Positions 1 through 10,473 are shown, numbered from the stretch's first letter. The stretch: DNA of 32,000 nt from Candidatus Saccharimonadota bacterium (GCF_900128735.1 NZ_LT667503.1:330001-362000), one strand, 5' to 3'. Translations and numbers: made by a program. The notes: generated by a model from the letters alone, not told the origin.

Positions 1-380
1 TTCAGAATACCAAAACCAGCTACACCAAAAATTTTCCAATTTTTATTTACAAAAATATTAATATCAGAAAAAACAGAATATTTTTTTAATTCTTTCATTT
101 GTTTTAATGCAATTTCAGTTCGTATAAGATATGCATAAATATTATTATATTTAAAAATTAAAAAAGGACACCACACCTTACCATTATAATTACAGTGAGC
201 ACCAAATTGATATCTTGTCTTATGAACAGTATTAATATCCAATGTAAATTGCTGATTTAAATATTTGATACTATCCATCCCTATAACATTTATAATACAC
301 CAATTCTTTAACTGCATAATAGTCGCTGGGAGTTGTTTATTTAAAAATACTGTATTATGATATGTATTTAATACTGTCAT
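1..380 (-). CDS. ygfZ: Folate-binding tRNA-modification protein YgfZ, N-terminal part (the 3' end lies beyond the window start)
   Basis: Not in the ORF track because it runs off the window. The reverse complement from the ATG (380-378) reads MTVLNTYHNTVFLNKQLPATIMQLKNWCIINVIGMDSIKYLNQQFTLDINTVHKTRYQFGAHCNYNGKVWCPFLIFKYNNIYAYLIR..LKKYSVFSDINI..FGVAGFGI and stays open to position 1. It is colinear with remembered E. coli YgfZ blocks (TITGADSEKYMQGQVTADV, AAHCDAKGKMW, ELKKYAVFSKV, LGVAGFQ). Confidence 0.8.
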   Translation of the reverse strand, partial: MTVLNTYHNTVFLNKQLPATIMQLKNWCIINVIGMDSIKYLNQQFTLDINTVHKTRYQFGAHCNYNGKVWCPFLIFKYNNIYAYLIRTEIALKQMKELKKYSVFSDINIFVNKNWKIFGVAGFGIL

Positions 381-587
381 AAAAAATTATCCTATAATAT
401 TATTAAAAATCAATTTTATTATATATATAAATAAAAATTATAAAAAATTTCATCAAAGTAAATTATATACCATATAAAATTCACATAACAATATTATTAA
501 AAAAAAATTAATAAATAAAAGTCCATTAATAATATTTTTATACTTTAAAAATCAAAAAAAAATATATTAATATATTCGAGAAATATC

Positions 588-1686
588 ATGTTAGAAATTT
601 CAAATATCAAAAAAAAAATAATAGATTTTAATAATAGAATTCAATATTTAAAGAGGATTCTTTGAATATAAAAGTAAAAAAAAAAAAATCACAGTTATTA
701 ATAATCAATTAAAATCTTCAGAAATATGGAAAAATATTAAAAAAATCTATACTTTAAAAAAAGAAAAAAAAAAAACAAAAAAATTAATAAAAAAGATAGA
801 ATATTTAATTAATAATATACAAGATTTAAAAATATGGATGGAAATTTTATTAAAAAATTATGATGTAAATATTTTATCTGAAATTAAAATTATATTTAAA
901 AAATTAGAAAAAAAAATAAAAAAATTAGAAATATATCAATTATTTTCTCAAAAATATGACTTTAATAATTGTTATATCGATATCCAACCCGGATCAGGAG
1001 GAATAGAAGCTCAAGACTGGGCTAAAAAATTACTACGAATGTATCTTAAATGGGCTGAAATAAAAAATTTTTCTTCTTATATTACAGAAGAATCTCCTGG
1101 TGATAATAATGGTATTAAATCAGCTACCGTTAAAATAAAAGGGAAATATGCATTTGGATGGTGTCGTACAGAATCAGGAATTCATCGATTAGTTCGTAAA
1201 AGTCCTTTTAATACAAATAATAAACGACATACATCATTTTGTTCTATATTTGTATATCCCGAAATAAAAGAAAATAAAAAAATTATTTTAAATTCATCTA
1301 ATTTACGAATTGATGTATATAGAGCATCTGGTGCTGGAGGGCAACATGTGAATTGCACTGAATCGGCAGTAAGAATTACTCATGTTCCTACCGGAATATC
1401 TACTCAATGTCAAAGTAGTCGTTCACAACATAAAAACAAAGATCTCGCATTAAAACAATTAATATCTAAAATTCATATATTAGAAGAACAAAGAATAAAC
1501 TTAAAGAAAAAAATAAAGAACAAAAACAAATTAGATATTGGTTGGGGAAATCAAATTCGTTCATATATATTAGATAATTCTCTTGTTAAAGATTTAAGAA
1601 CAGGGATAGAAATGTATGATACACAATTAATACTAGATGGTCATTTAAGTCAATTTATTGAAAAAAGTTTAAAATTGGGGTTATAA
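588..1686 (+). CDS. prfB: Peptide chain release factor 2, join(588..662,664..1686), needs a +1 programmed frameshift
   Basis: Frame 0 from ATG 588 gives MLEISNIKKKIIDFNNRIQYLKRIL then TGA (663-665). The +1 frame from 664 gives EYKSKKKKITVINNQLKSSEIWKN.. and runs into the 838..1686 track ORF, which carries the SPF and GGQ motifs. The joined product is 365 aa, the same as E. coli RF2 ([41 protein letters not shown]..). Confidence 0.95.
651..665 (+). promoter_or_regulatory. RF2 autoregulatory +1 frameshift cassette: internal SD-like AAGAGGA, 3-nt spacer, CTT TGA
   Basis: AAGAGGA (651-657), ATT, CTT (660-662), TGA (663-665). The architecture and spacing match the E. coli AGGGGG-TAT-CTT-TGA-C site. 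The base after the stop is A here, not C. Confidence 0.85.
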
Positions 1687-1698
1687 AAAATTAATATT

Positions 1699-3225
1699 AT
1701 GTCTAATATAAAAAAAATTTATTTAAATAAAAAAAAAAAAATCTTTATAGAAAAAGAGAACAGAAAAATAAAATTAAAAAAATTATGTAATACTGGTTTT
1801 AATTTTCCAAATTCATTTCATTGTAATAATACAGTAAAAAATATATTATCATTATATAAAAAACATACCAAACAAGAACTGAAAAATATTAATATTAATA
1901 TAAAAATTGCAGGTCGTATAATAAAAAAAAGGGTTATGGGAAAAGCATCTTTTTTTATAATACAAGATTGTGATTACGAAATTCAAATATATATTAAGAG
2001 TAATAATTTTCAAAAAAACTTTTATAAAGATTATATTCTTGAATTAGATTTAGGTGATATTATAAGTATTATTGGTATAATTTTCAAAACTAATACAAAA
2101 GAATTATCAGTCAACTGTCATAAAATAGAATTACTTACAAAAAGTTTACATCCATTACCTGATAAATATCATGGTTTACAAGATCAAGAACTCAAGTATA
2201 GAAAAAGATATCTTGATCTAATGTCGAATAATAATATTAAAAAAATATTTAAAAAAAGATCTCGAATCTTATCAGTGATTCGTATATTTATGGAAAAAAA
2301 AAATTTTTTAGAAGTAGAAACGCCCATGATGCATAGTATTCCTGGAGGAGCTAACGCAAAACCATTTATTACTTATCATAATACCTTTAACTCAAAAATG
2401 TATTTACGAGTAGCTCCTGAATTATATTTAAAAAGATTAATTATTGGTGGTTTTAATAAAATATTTGAAATTAATAGAAACTTTCGAAACGAAGGAGTTT
2501 CAACACGTCATAATCCAGAATTTACCATGATGGAAATATATATGGCATATAGTAATTATAAAGATATGATGATATTTCTAATAAAACTTTTAAAATATAT
2601 TACAAAAAAAATATGCAATACATCCACAATATATTATGATAATTATACTATTGATTTTAAAAAAAAAATTAAAAAAATAACTATGATTAATGCTATATTA
2701 CATTACAATTCAAATATTCAAAAATCTGATTTAAAAAATTTAAAAAAAGCTAAAAAAATTATGAAAGAATTAAAATTATTAATACCATCTGATATTTCTT
2801 TAGGAGAAGCAATAAATATTATTTTTGAAAAAACTACAGAAAAAAAAATTATAAAACCGACATTTATTACAAGCTATCCTATTGAAGTATCTCCTTTAGC
2901 GAAATCTTGTTCTAAAAATAAATCTTTTACAGAAAGATTTGAATTCTTTTTAGCCGGTTATGAAATAGCTAATGGTTTTTCTGAATTAAACGATGCTGAA
3001 GAACAAAAAAAAAGATTTAAAAAACAAATAATCAAAAAAAATAAAAGAAAGAAAAAAAATATACATTATCAATATGATAAAGAATATATCACAGCATTGG
3101 AACATGGTTTACCACCTACAGCTGGTTTAGGAATTGGAATTGACCGCTTAATTATGATTTTTACTAATCAAAAAAATATTCGTGATGTGATTTTATTTCC
3201 AACATTACGTCCTATCGAAATCTAA
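1699..3225 (+). CDS. lysS: Lysyl-tRNA synthetase (class II)
   Basis: 508-aa ORF beginning 12 nt after the prfB stop, the same prfB-lysS arrangement as E. coli. Class II motifs are present (FRNEG, GLGIGIDRL) and the protein is colinear with E. coli LysS. Confidence 0.97.
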   Translation: MSNIKKIYLNKKKKIFIEKENRKIKLKKLCNTGFNFPNSFHCNNTVKNILSLYKKHTKQELKNININIKIAGRIIKKRVMGKASFFIIQDCDYEIQIYIKSNNFQKNFYKDYILELDLGDIISIIGIIFKTNTKELSVNCHKIELLTKSLHPLPDKYHGLQDQELKYRKRYLDLMSNNNIKKIFKKRSRILSVIRIFMEKKNFLEVETPMMHSIPGGANAKPFITYHNTFNSKMYLRVAPELYLKRLIIGGFNKIFEINRNFRNEGVSTRHNPEFTMMEIYMAYSNYKDMMIFLIKLLKYITKKICNTSTIYYDNYTIDFKKKIKKITMINAILHYNSNIQKSDLKNLKKAKKIMKELKLLIPSDISLGEAINIIFEKTTEKKIIKPTFITSYPIEVSPLAKSCSKNKSFTERFEFFLAGYEIANGFSELNDAEEQKKRFKKQIIKKNKRKKKNIHYQYDKEYITALEHGLPPTAGLGIGIDRLIMIFTNQKNIRDVILFPTLRPIEI

Positions 3226-3277
3226 AAAAAATCTTTATAAATACTAAAAAAAATTATTGTAAGATAAAGGAAAAAAA

Positions 3278-4531
3278 ATGTCAAAAATAAAAAAAATAAA
3301 AAGAGATATGTTACAACAGAAAAATATTATCTATTTAACTCAAAAATATAATACACCGTTATGGCTATATAATGCTCAAATTATTAAAAATCAAATTAAA
3401 AAATTAAAACAATTTGATGTTATTCGATTTGCCCAAAAATCCTGCTCTAACATAAATATTTTAAAATTTATTAAATCATGCGGCGTTACTGTAGATGCTG
3501 TTTCATTAGGTGAAATCCAACGGGCTATTTTAGCAGGATTCACCGCTAAAAATAATGATCTCGTTTATACTTCTGATATTTTAGAAAGAAACACTCTGAA
3601 AAAAATTATTCAATATAATATTCCTGTGAATATTGGATCGTTAGATATGGTAAAAATATTAGGTAAGGCATCTCCAGGACATCATGTCTGGTTAAGAATT
3701 AACCCAAAATTTGGAGATGGCCATCATATAAAAACAAATACCGGAGGAGAAAATAGTAAGCATGGTATTTGGGATATTGAACAAGCTATCTCAGAAATTA
3801 AACGTTATCATTTGTTGTTAATTGGTATACATATGCATATTGGTTCCGGAATTAATGAATCAAATATAGAAAAAATGTGCAATACTATGATTCATAGTAC
3901 ATTAAAAATAAAACAAAATATACAATTTATATCTGCTGGCGGTGGTTTAAATATACCATATCATAAAAAAGAAAGAGAAGTAAATATCAAAAAATATTTT
4001 AATATTTGGAATACTACAAGAAATATAATTGCATCAAAGTTATCCTGTCCTATAAAATTAGAAATTGAACCAGGCCGTTTTTTAGTAGCTCAATCCGGAG
4101 TATTGATTGCACAAGTATGTTCAGTAAAAAAAGTTGGAAATAATCATTTTATTATTTTAGACGCTGGATTCAATGATCTAATGAGACCAATGTTATATGG
4201 TAGTTATCATAAAATCTCTGTAATCTATAAAGATAGTAGACCGATGTTTTTAGAAAAAACTATGGAATATATTATTTCTGGACCATTATGCGAATCAGGT
4301 GATGTATTTACAATTAAAAAAAATGGCTCTTTATTAAAGAGAAAATTACCTATCATTTTTCCAGAAGATTATATAGTTATTCATGACACTGGAGCATATG
4401 GAGCATCAATGTCATCTAATTATAACAGCCGACCATTAATTCCTGAAATTTTATATAAAAATAACAATTTTTATGAAATTAGAAAAAGACAATCTATGAA
4501 AGAATTATTAAAATTAGAAATATTAAATTAA
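3278..4531 (+). CDS. lysA: Diaminopimelate decarboxylase
   Basis: 417 aa, strongly colinear with E. coli LysA (KQFDVIRFAQKSCSNI, NTGGENSKHGIW, EIEPGRFLVAQSGVLI, GPLCESGDVF, HDTGAYGASMSSNYNSRPL). SD AAAGGA lies upstream of the ATG. Confidence 0.97.
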   Translation: MSKIKKIKRDMLQQKNIIYLTQKYNTPLWLYNAQIIKNQIKKLKQFDVIRFAQKSCSNINILKFIKSCGVTVDAVSLGEIQRAILAGFTAKNNDLVYTSDILERNTLKKIIQYNIPVNIGSLDMVKILGKASPGHHVWLRINPKFGDGHHIKTNTGGENSKHGIWDIEQAISEIKRYHLLLIGIHMHIGSGINESNIEKMCNTMIHSTLKIKQNIQFISAGGGLNIPYHKKEREVNIKKYFNIWNTTRNIIASKLSCPIKLEIEPGRFLVAQSGVLIAQVCSVKKVGNNHFIILDAGFNDLMRPMLYGSYHKISVIYKDSRPMFLEKTMEYIISGPLCESGDVFTIKKNGSLLKRKLPIIFPEDYIVIHDTGAYGASMSSNYNSRPLIPEILYKNNNFYEIRKRQSMKELLKLEILN

Positions 4532-4712
4532 CTATTATTCTATTCCATAATAAAAAAATATTTATTAACATTTTAATAAGTAATTTTTATATTAATAAAA
4601 ATATTTATTTTAAAATCATTATATTTATTTTACAATACACTATATTATTACATACATATAAAACAAATAAAAAAACATTATAAATTATATTTTATGAAAT
4701 AAATTCAAAACT

Positions 4713-6062
4713 ATGAAAATTAAAAAAAATAAAAAGAATATTTATATAAAAACATGGGGTTGTCAGATGAATGAACATGATTCTGATATCATTGTGAGCA
4801 TATTTAAAAAAGAAAAAAAATACGTTTTTACAAAAAAACCAGAATTATCAGATATTCTGATTTTAAATACTTGTTCAATCAGAGAAAAAGCGCAGGAAAA
4901 ATTATTTCATCAATTAGGCAGATGGAGGAAAATAAAAGAAAAAAATCCAGATATTATTATCGCAGTTGGAGGATGTGTTGCTGTACAAGAAGGAAAAAAA
5001 ATATATAAACGAGCAAATTTTATTGATATTATATTCGGTCCGAAAACTATTCATAAATTACCAAAATTAATCGAAATGATATCAAAAGATTCTCAATGTA
5101 TAATTGATATTGATGGAAAACCATTAAAAAAATTTAATTATTTTAATCCTATAAATAATACTGTAAAAAAAATTTCCTCATTTGTTACAATAATTGAAGG
5201 GTGTAATAAATTTTGTTCTTTTTGTATTGTTCCTTATACAAGAGGAAAAGAAGAAAGCAGGTCATCTTTTGATATTCTTAATGAAATAAAAAAATTATCT
5301 ACAATTGGCACACGCGAAATAATTTTATTAGGTCAAAATGTTAATTCTTATAATTACAAAACCACGAATAAATCCGCCTGTTATTTTTCAGATTTATTAC
5401 ATTTAATTGCAGAAATTCCAAAAATTAAACGAATTAGATATATTACAAGTCACCCTAAAGATTTTAATGATAGTCTCATTGATACATATAAAACTATTCC
5501 TAAATTAATGGATTCATTACATTTACCAGTACAATGTGGTTCAGATAAAATTTTAAAATTAATGAAAAGAGGGTATACAACCAGTGAATACGAAGAAATA
5601 ATTCAAAAAATACGTAATATACGCCCTAATATTAGTATTAGCTCAGATTTTATAATTGGTTTTCCTGGTGAAACAAAAAAAGATTTTTATAAAACTTTAA
5701 AATTTATTGAAAAAATTGATTTTGATTCTAGTTATAGCTTTATCTACTCTATTCGACCTGGAACAAGAGCGGCAAAATTAATTGATAATGTCCCTTTAGA
5801 CGAAAAAAAAAAAAATCTATTAATATTACAAAATAAAATTAATCAACATGCTTATAAATGGCGAAGAAGAATGTTTGGAACAATTCAATCTGTTTTAGTT
5901 GAAAAAAAATCCCAATACAATAAAAATGAATTATTCGGAAGAACAAAAAATAATAAAATAGTCTGTATATATGGAAAGAAAGAATTAGTGGGACATTTAG
6001 TAAATGTTAAAATCACAAGTATTAATTATCATTCTTTTTTGAAAGGAGAAATAATTTTATAA
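4713..6062 (+). CDS. miaB: tRNA-i6A37 methylthiotransferase MiaB (radical SAM)
   Basis: 449 aa. The N-terminus IKTWGCQMNEHDS matches E. coli HIKTWGCQMNEYDS. The radical-SAM CNKFCSFC (CxxxCxxC) box and a C-terminal TRAM-like region are present. Confidence 0.95.
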   Translation: MKIKKNKKNIYIKTWGCQMNEHDSDIIVSIFKKEKKYVFTKKPELSDILILNTCSIREKAQEKLFHQLGRWRKIKEKNPDIIIAVGGCVAVQEGKKIYKRANFIDIIFGPKTIHKLPKLIEMISKDSQCIIDIDGKPLKKFNYFNPINNTVKKISSFVTIIEGCNKFCSFCIVPYTRGKEESRSSFDILNEIKKLSTIGTREIILLGQNVNSYNYKTTNKSACYFSDLLHLIAEIPKIKRIRYITSHPKDFNDSLIDTYKTIPKLMDSLHLPVQCGSDKILKLMKRGYTTSEYEEIIQKIRNIRPNISISSDFIIGFPGETKKDFYKTLKFIEKIDFDSSYSFIYSIRPGTRAAKLIDNVPLDEKKKNLLILQNKINQHAYKWRRRMFGTIQSVLVEKKSQYNKNELFGRTKNNKIVCIYGKKELVGHLVNVKITSINYHSFLKGEIIL

Positions 6063-6150
6063 AATTTAAACTTTTAAAACATTGTGAAAATATCAATAAC
6101 CCAATCACATTTTTTAAAAAATTTAATTAAAAAAAAATATTTTTTCAATT

Positions 6151-6606
6151 ATGCATATAAATATTCAATATTGTATCAAAAAAAAAAATGGAATGCCAGA
6201 AAAAAAAGATTTTATCAAATGGTTATATTTTATTTTTTATAAAAAAAATGTAGAATTAACTATTCGTATAGTTACCACTAAAGAAATAAAAGAACTAAAC
6301 AATACGTATCGAAATAAAAACATAGCAACAAATGTATTATCCTTTCCTATGAATAATATATCGCTTAAAAAAAATTATAGAAAAATATATTTAGGCGATA
6401 TAGTAATATGCAGTCAATATCTTAAAAAAGAAGCACATCAATTCAAAAAAAATCTCGAAGAACATTGGGCTCATATTGTAATACATGCTGGTTTACATTT
6501 AATAAATTATACACATAATACCATAAAAAAACAAAAAAAAATGGAGAATCTAGAGAAAAATATTATGAAAAAATTAGGATATAAAAATCCTTACCAAGAA
6601 AATTAA
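6151..6606 (+). CDS. ybeY: Endoribonuclease YbeY (16S rRNA 3'-end maturation)
   Basis: 151 aa. TNVLSFP and HWAHIVIHAGLHLINYTH (the H-x3-H-x5-H zinc motif) align with E. coli NVLSFP / HWAHMVVHGSLHLLGYDH. Confidence 0.9.
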   Translation: MHINIQYCIKKKNGMPEKKDFIKWLYFIFYKKNVELTIRIVTTKEIKELNNTYRNKNIATNVLSFPMNNISLKKNYRKIYLGDIVICSQYLKKEAHQFKKNLEEHWAHIVIHAGLHLINYTHNTIKKQKKMENLEKNIMKKLGYKNPYQEN

Positions 6607-6804
6607 ATAATTATAAATTATATAAACAGATATACTTTTTAAAAAGGTTTTTACTATAAAAAAATAAAGAAAAATTTATAACATTAAAAAAACATAATAT
6701 ATTTTTTTTAAAAGAAATAATAAATTATTATACTAAATAAAAAAAAGTATCCTGAATAAAATAATTACTATTTATTTTTTTAAATAATTTTAAAAAATTT
6801 TTTA

Positions 6805-6836
6805 AAATAAAAAATTCGCTAAATAAAAAATTCACT
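6805..6836 (+). repeat. Tandem 16-nt duplication AAATAAAAAATTCGCT / AAATAAAAAATTCACT
   Basis: Two adjacent copies (6805-6820 and 6821-6836) match at 15 of 16 positions. The repeat ends 24 nt upstream of the leuS ATG. Confidence 0.8.
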
Positions 6837-6860
6837 CTATAGTTTTAAAGGTAATCATTT

Positions 6861-9404
6861 ATGAATCAAAAATATAACCCAAAAAAAATTGAACCAATCG
6901 TTCAAGAATATTGGAAAAAAAATAAAAGCTTCTCTGTTTCAGAAGAATCAAAGAAAAAAAAATACTTTTGTGTTCCTATGTTACCTTATCCATCTGGAAA
7001 TTTACATATGGGACATGTACGCAACTATACTATTAGTGATGTAATTTCACGATATCAGAGAATGTTAGGAAAAAATGTACTACAACCTATAGGTTGGGAT
7101 GCATTTGGTCTTCCAGCTGAAGAGGCTGCAATAAAAAATAAAATTTCTCCTTCTCAATGGACTCATATAAATATTAAAATTATGAAAAAACAATTAGAAT
7201 CTTTGGGGTTCAGTTATGATTGGGAAAGAGAAATAACTACATGTCAACCTCATTATTATAAATGGGAACAATGGTTTTTTATAAAATTATATGAAAAAAA
7301 ATTAGTTTATAAAAAAACATCGTTAGTAAATTGGTGTCCTCATGATAAAACAGTATTAGCTAATGAACAAGTGCAACACGGAAAATGCTGGAGATGTAAT
7401 GAAATTGTTATCTTAAAAAAAATGCCACAATGGTTTATGAAAATAACAAATTATGCCGAAGAATTACTGTATTCTTTAAAGAAATTAAAAAAATGGCCTA
7501 AAAAAGTCCTACAAATGCAAAAAAATTGGATTGGAAAATCTAATGGAGTTATAATAAAATTCAAAATTGCTTATTCTAAGGAAGTTTTAAAAATCTATAC
7601 TACTAAACCAGAAACAATAATGGATATAACATTTTGTGCAATTTCTATGTATCATCCTATAATTTCTCTAATCTGTAAAAATAATAAAGAAGTCAATATG
7701 TTTTTAACTAAACACAAAAATATAAATACATTAAAATCATATCAAAATCAAAAATATATTGGTATTAATACAAATCAATTGATTATACATCCAATTACTC
7801 TTCAGAAAATACCATTATGGATCGCTTTATACGTTAAACATGATTATGCTACTGGTGCTATTATGGCAGTTCCAAAGTATGATAAAAATGATTTTATGTT
7901 TGCATCATTATACAAATTACCGATTAAAAAAATATTTTCAAAAGAAAATAAAAAAGATGAACAAAAAAAAAGTTCTGATAAAAATTTAAATTCCAAAAAA
8001 AAAATAAATGATTTAATAAAAAAATTAAATCAAGAAAAAATATTAAAAAAACATACTGTTTATAAATTAAAAGATTGGAGTATATCTCGACAAAGATATT
8101 GGGGTACTCCTATACCTATTACATACAATATAAAAGGAGAAATAATTACAGTCCCGATAAAAAATCTACCAATTATTTTACCGGAAAATTTTTCTTTAAA
8201 AAAAAATGATAAAAAATTATCTCCTAAAGCAAAATGGTTATCTACAAAAATTAATGGAGAAAAAGTCACTAGAGAAACTGATACATTTGATACATTTATA
8301 GAATCTTCATGGTATTATGCTCGTTATACCTGTCCAAATTTTCAAAATGGAATGATTAATCCTTTAAAAGCCAAGTATTGGTTACCAATAGATTTATATA
8401 TTGGAGGAATAGAACATGCTGTAATGCATTTAATATATTTTCGGTTTTATCATAAACTACTGCGAGATTTTGGATTTGTATCCTCCGATGAACCAGTAAA
8501 AAAATTAATTTGTCAAGGAATGGTTTTATCTGATGCTTTTTATATCTACGATCAAAATCAAAAAAAAATATGGGTTAAACCATCAGAGATAAAAATAAAA
8601 AAAATAGAGAAAAATAAAAAACAAGGATACTATCTTAAAAGTAATAAAAAAGAAGTAATATATGCTGGAAAAATAAAAATGTCTAAATCCAAAAATAATG
8701 GGATAGATCCTAGTACAATTATTAATAAATATGGAGCAGATACATTAAGATTATTTTTAATGTTTACCGCACCTATAGAATCGGAATTAGAATGGAGCGA
8801 TAAAAGTATTGTAGGTATGTATAGATTTTTAAAAAAACTATGGAATTTTACTTATTCACTTAATTTATATAAAATTCATATACCAAGCGACATATATGAA
8901 AATAAAGAACATAAAGACATTTTAATATTACTTAATCATACTATTAGCGTAGTAACAGATGATATTCAAAGAAGAAATGCATTAAACACAGCTATTGCTC
9001 ATATAATAAAATTTTTTAATGCAATTACAAAAATCATGAATAAAGCTAATATATATAAAGAAATTATAAAAATATCCTTAGATAACATAATTAAAATGTT
9101 ATATCCATTTACTCCTCATATATGTTTTATCTTATGGAAAGAAATATATGGAAAAAACGCAAATATAGATGAAGAATCTTGGCCTATCATACATAAAATA
9201 AAAGAAAATATAATTTTTTTTCCCATTATTATTCAAATAAACGGGAAAAAAAGAAAAATAATCAAAATGTTAAAATCCACTGCTAAAAAAGAATGTATAA
9301 ATATTGCTTCTAAAAATAAAAAAATCAAAAAATATTTAAAAAATAAAAAAATAAAAAAAATTATTTATATCGCTAATAAATTAATTAACTTTGTTTTATC
9401 TTAA
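6861..9404 (+). CDS. leuS: Leucyl-tRNA synthetase
   Basis: 847 aa with the HMGH (HIGH) and KMSKS signatures. CP1 editing-domain blocks are retained (TTKPET, AVPKYDKNDFMFA). SD AAAGGT lies 8 nt upstream of the ATG. Confidence 0.97.
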   Translation: MNQKYNPKKIEPIVQEYWKKNKSFSVSEESKKKKYFCVPMLPYPSGNLHMGHVRNYTISDVISRYQRMLGKNVLQPIGWDAFGLPAEEAAIKNKISPSQWTHINIKIMKKQLESLGFSYDWEREITTCQPHYYKWEQWFFIKLYEKKLVYKKTSLVNWCPHDKTVLANEQVQHGKCWRCNEIVILKKMPQWFMKITNYAEELLYSLKKLKKWPKKVLQMQKNWIGKSNGVIIKFKIAYSKEVLKIYTTKPETIMDITFCAISMYHPIISLICKNNKEVNMFLTKHKNINTLKSYQNQKYIGINTNQLIIHPITLQKIPLWIALYVKHDYATGAIMAVPKYDKNDFMFASLYKLPIKKIFSKENKKDEQKKSSDKNLNSKKKINDLIKKLNQEKILKKHTVYKLKDWSISRQRYWGTPIPITYNIKGEIITVPIKNLPIILPENFSLKKNDKKLSPKAKWLSTKINGEKVTRETDTFDTFIESSWYYARYTCPNFQNGMINPLKAKYWLPIDLYIGGIEHAVMHLIYFRFYHKLLRDFGFVSSDEPVKKLICQGMVLSDAFYIYDQNQKKIWVKPSEIKIKKIEKNKKQGYYLKSNKKEVIYAGKIKMSKSKNNGIDPSTIINKYGADTLRLFLMFTAPIESELEWSDKSIVGMYRFLKKLWNFTYSLNLYKIHIPSDIYENKEHKDILILLNHTISVVTDDIQRRNALNTAIAHIIKFFNAITKIMNKANIYKEIIKISLDNIIKMLYPFTPHICFILWKEIYGKNANIDEESWPIIHKIKENIIFFPIIIQINGKKRKIIKMLKSTAKKECINIASKNKKIKKYLKNKKIKKIIYIANKLINFVLS

Positions 9405-9474
9405 AAAATAATAAAAAATTTTTAACAAAAACGCCTATCATATTAAGCTACTCTTACTCTTATATTGAATAATT

Positions 9475-10473
9475 ATGATTATTGAAACGTCTTGTTTAAA
9501 GCAATACTTATTACAACATTATTTATCAAAAATATATATCATCATAGAAACAGAAATGTTATTTCTACAAGAAAATAATAGAATTATTTTAAAAAATTTA
9601 AAAAAAAATCAATTTATAAAAATCACTAAAATAATTTTAAATAATGATTCTGAATTAAATAAAATAATTCAATTATATCAAAAACAAGAAATTTTTTTTA
9701 AAAAAAAAATAATTATTGTAATCTTCTTAGGTAAATCTTTAACATTAAAGCAAAAATTATTTTTTAAAAATATAAAAAATATTTTAGACCAAAATACAAT
9801 TTGTATTTTTCATTATCCAAACTTAATATTTAACACTATATGTAAAAACTTTTTTCAAAAATATATTTCCAAGATTGGATTAATTATTAATAATAATAAG
9901 AATAATATAAATAATCTATATACATGGATTAACAGAAAAATAAAAAAGTACAAAATTTACTTTTCTTTATGCGTAATAAAAAATTTTTTAATTTTATATA
10001 ATTATAATCTTAATAAAATAAATAATTCTTTAAAAATCCTTTCATTAATATATTTTAATAGTAATATCACTAATGTCATATTAAAAAAATATTATAATTT
10101 TTTTGAACCAAAAAAAGCCTATCATTGGATTAATGCTATTGTTCATAAAAAAAAAAATATTGCTCTACACATTTTAAACAAACTAAAAAGAGAAAAATAT
10201 ACAATTGAAAAGTTAATCTATTATTATAAAAATTTTATATATGTACTTTTAAACATTAAAACAAATCAAATCAATGAAAAAAATTATAACTTTAGAAACA
10301 TATGTAACTATCCTATACAATATAATTTTTTAAATTCTCTTGCAAATCATAATAGTTTAATAGACATATATCAAGCATTCAAAATATTAAAAAATATAGA
10401 ATTTTTAACAATAAAAAATAAAACAAAAACAATTTGGATATATTTAAAAATCTTATCAATAATATTTAATTGA
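9475..10473 (+). CDS. holA: DNA polymerase III delta subunit, highly diverged
   Basis: 332 aa, located directly after leuS as in E. coli. The N-terminus MIIETSCLKQYLLQHYLSKIYIIIETEMLFLQEN aligns with E. coli MIRLYPEQLRAQLNEGLRAAYLLLGNDPLLLQES. The block FEPKKAYHWINAIVHKKKNIALHILNKL aligns with FTPFHWVDALLMGKSKRALHILQQL. Confidence 0.75.
   Translation: MIIETSCLKQYLLQHYLSKIYIIIETEMLFLQENNRIILKNLKKNQFIKITKIILNNDSELNKIIQLYQKQEIFFKKKIIIVIFLGKSLTLKQKLFFKNIKNILDQNTICIFHYPNLIFNTICKNFFQKYISKIGLIINNNKNNINNLYTWINRKIKKYKIYFSLCVIKNFLILYNYNLNKINNSLKILSLIYFNSNITNVILKKYYNFFEPKKAYHWINAIVHKKKNIALHILNKLKREKYTIEKLIYYYKNFIYVLLNIKTNQINEKNYNFRNICNYPIQYNFLNSLANHNSLIDIYQAFKILKNIEFLTIKNKTKTIWIYLKILSIIFN

Noticed and set aside
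8060-8269. 69-aa ORF on the minus strand
   Set aside because: It lies entirely antisense within the well-conserved leuS. The product is low-complexity, F/I-rich and has no recognisable homology, as expected from chance open frames in AT-rich DNA.
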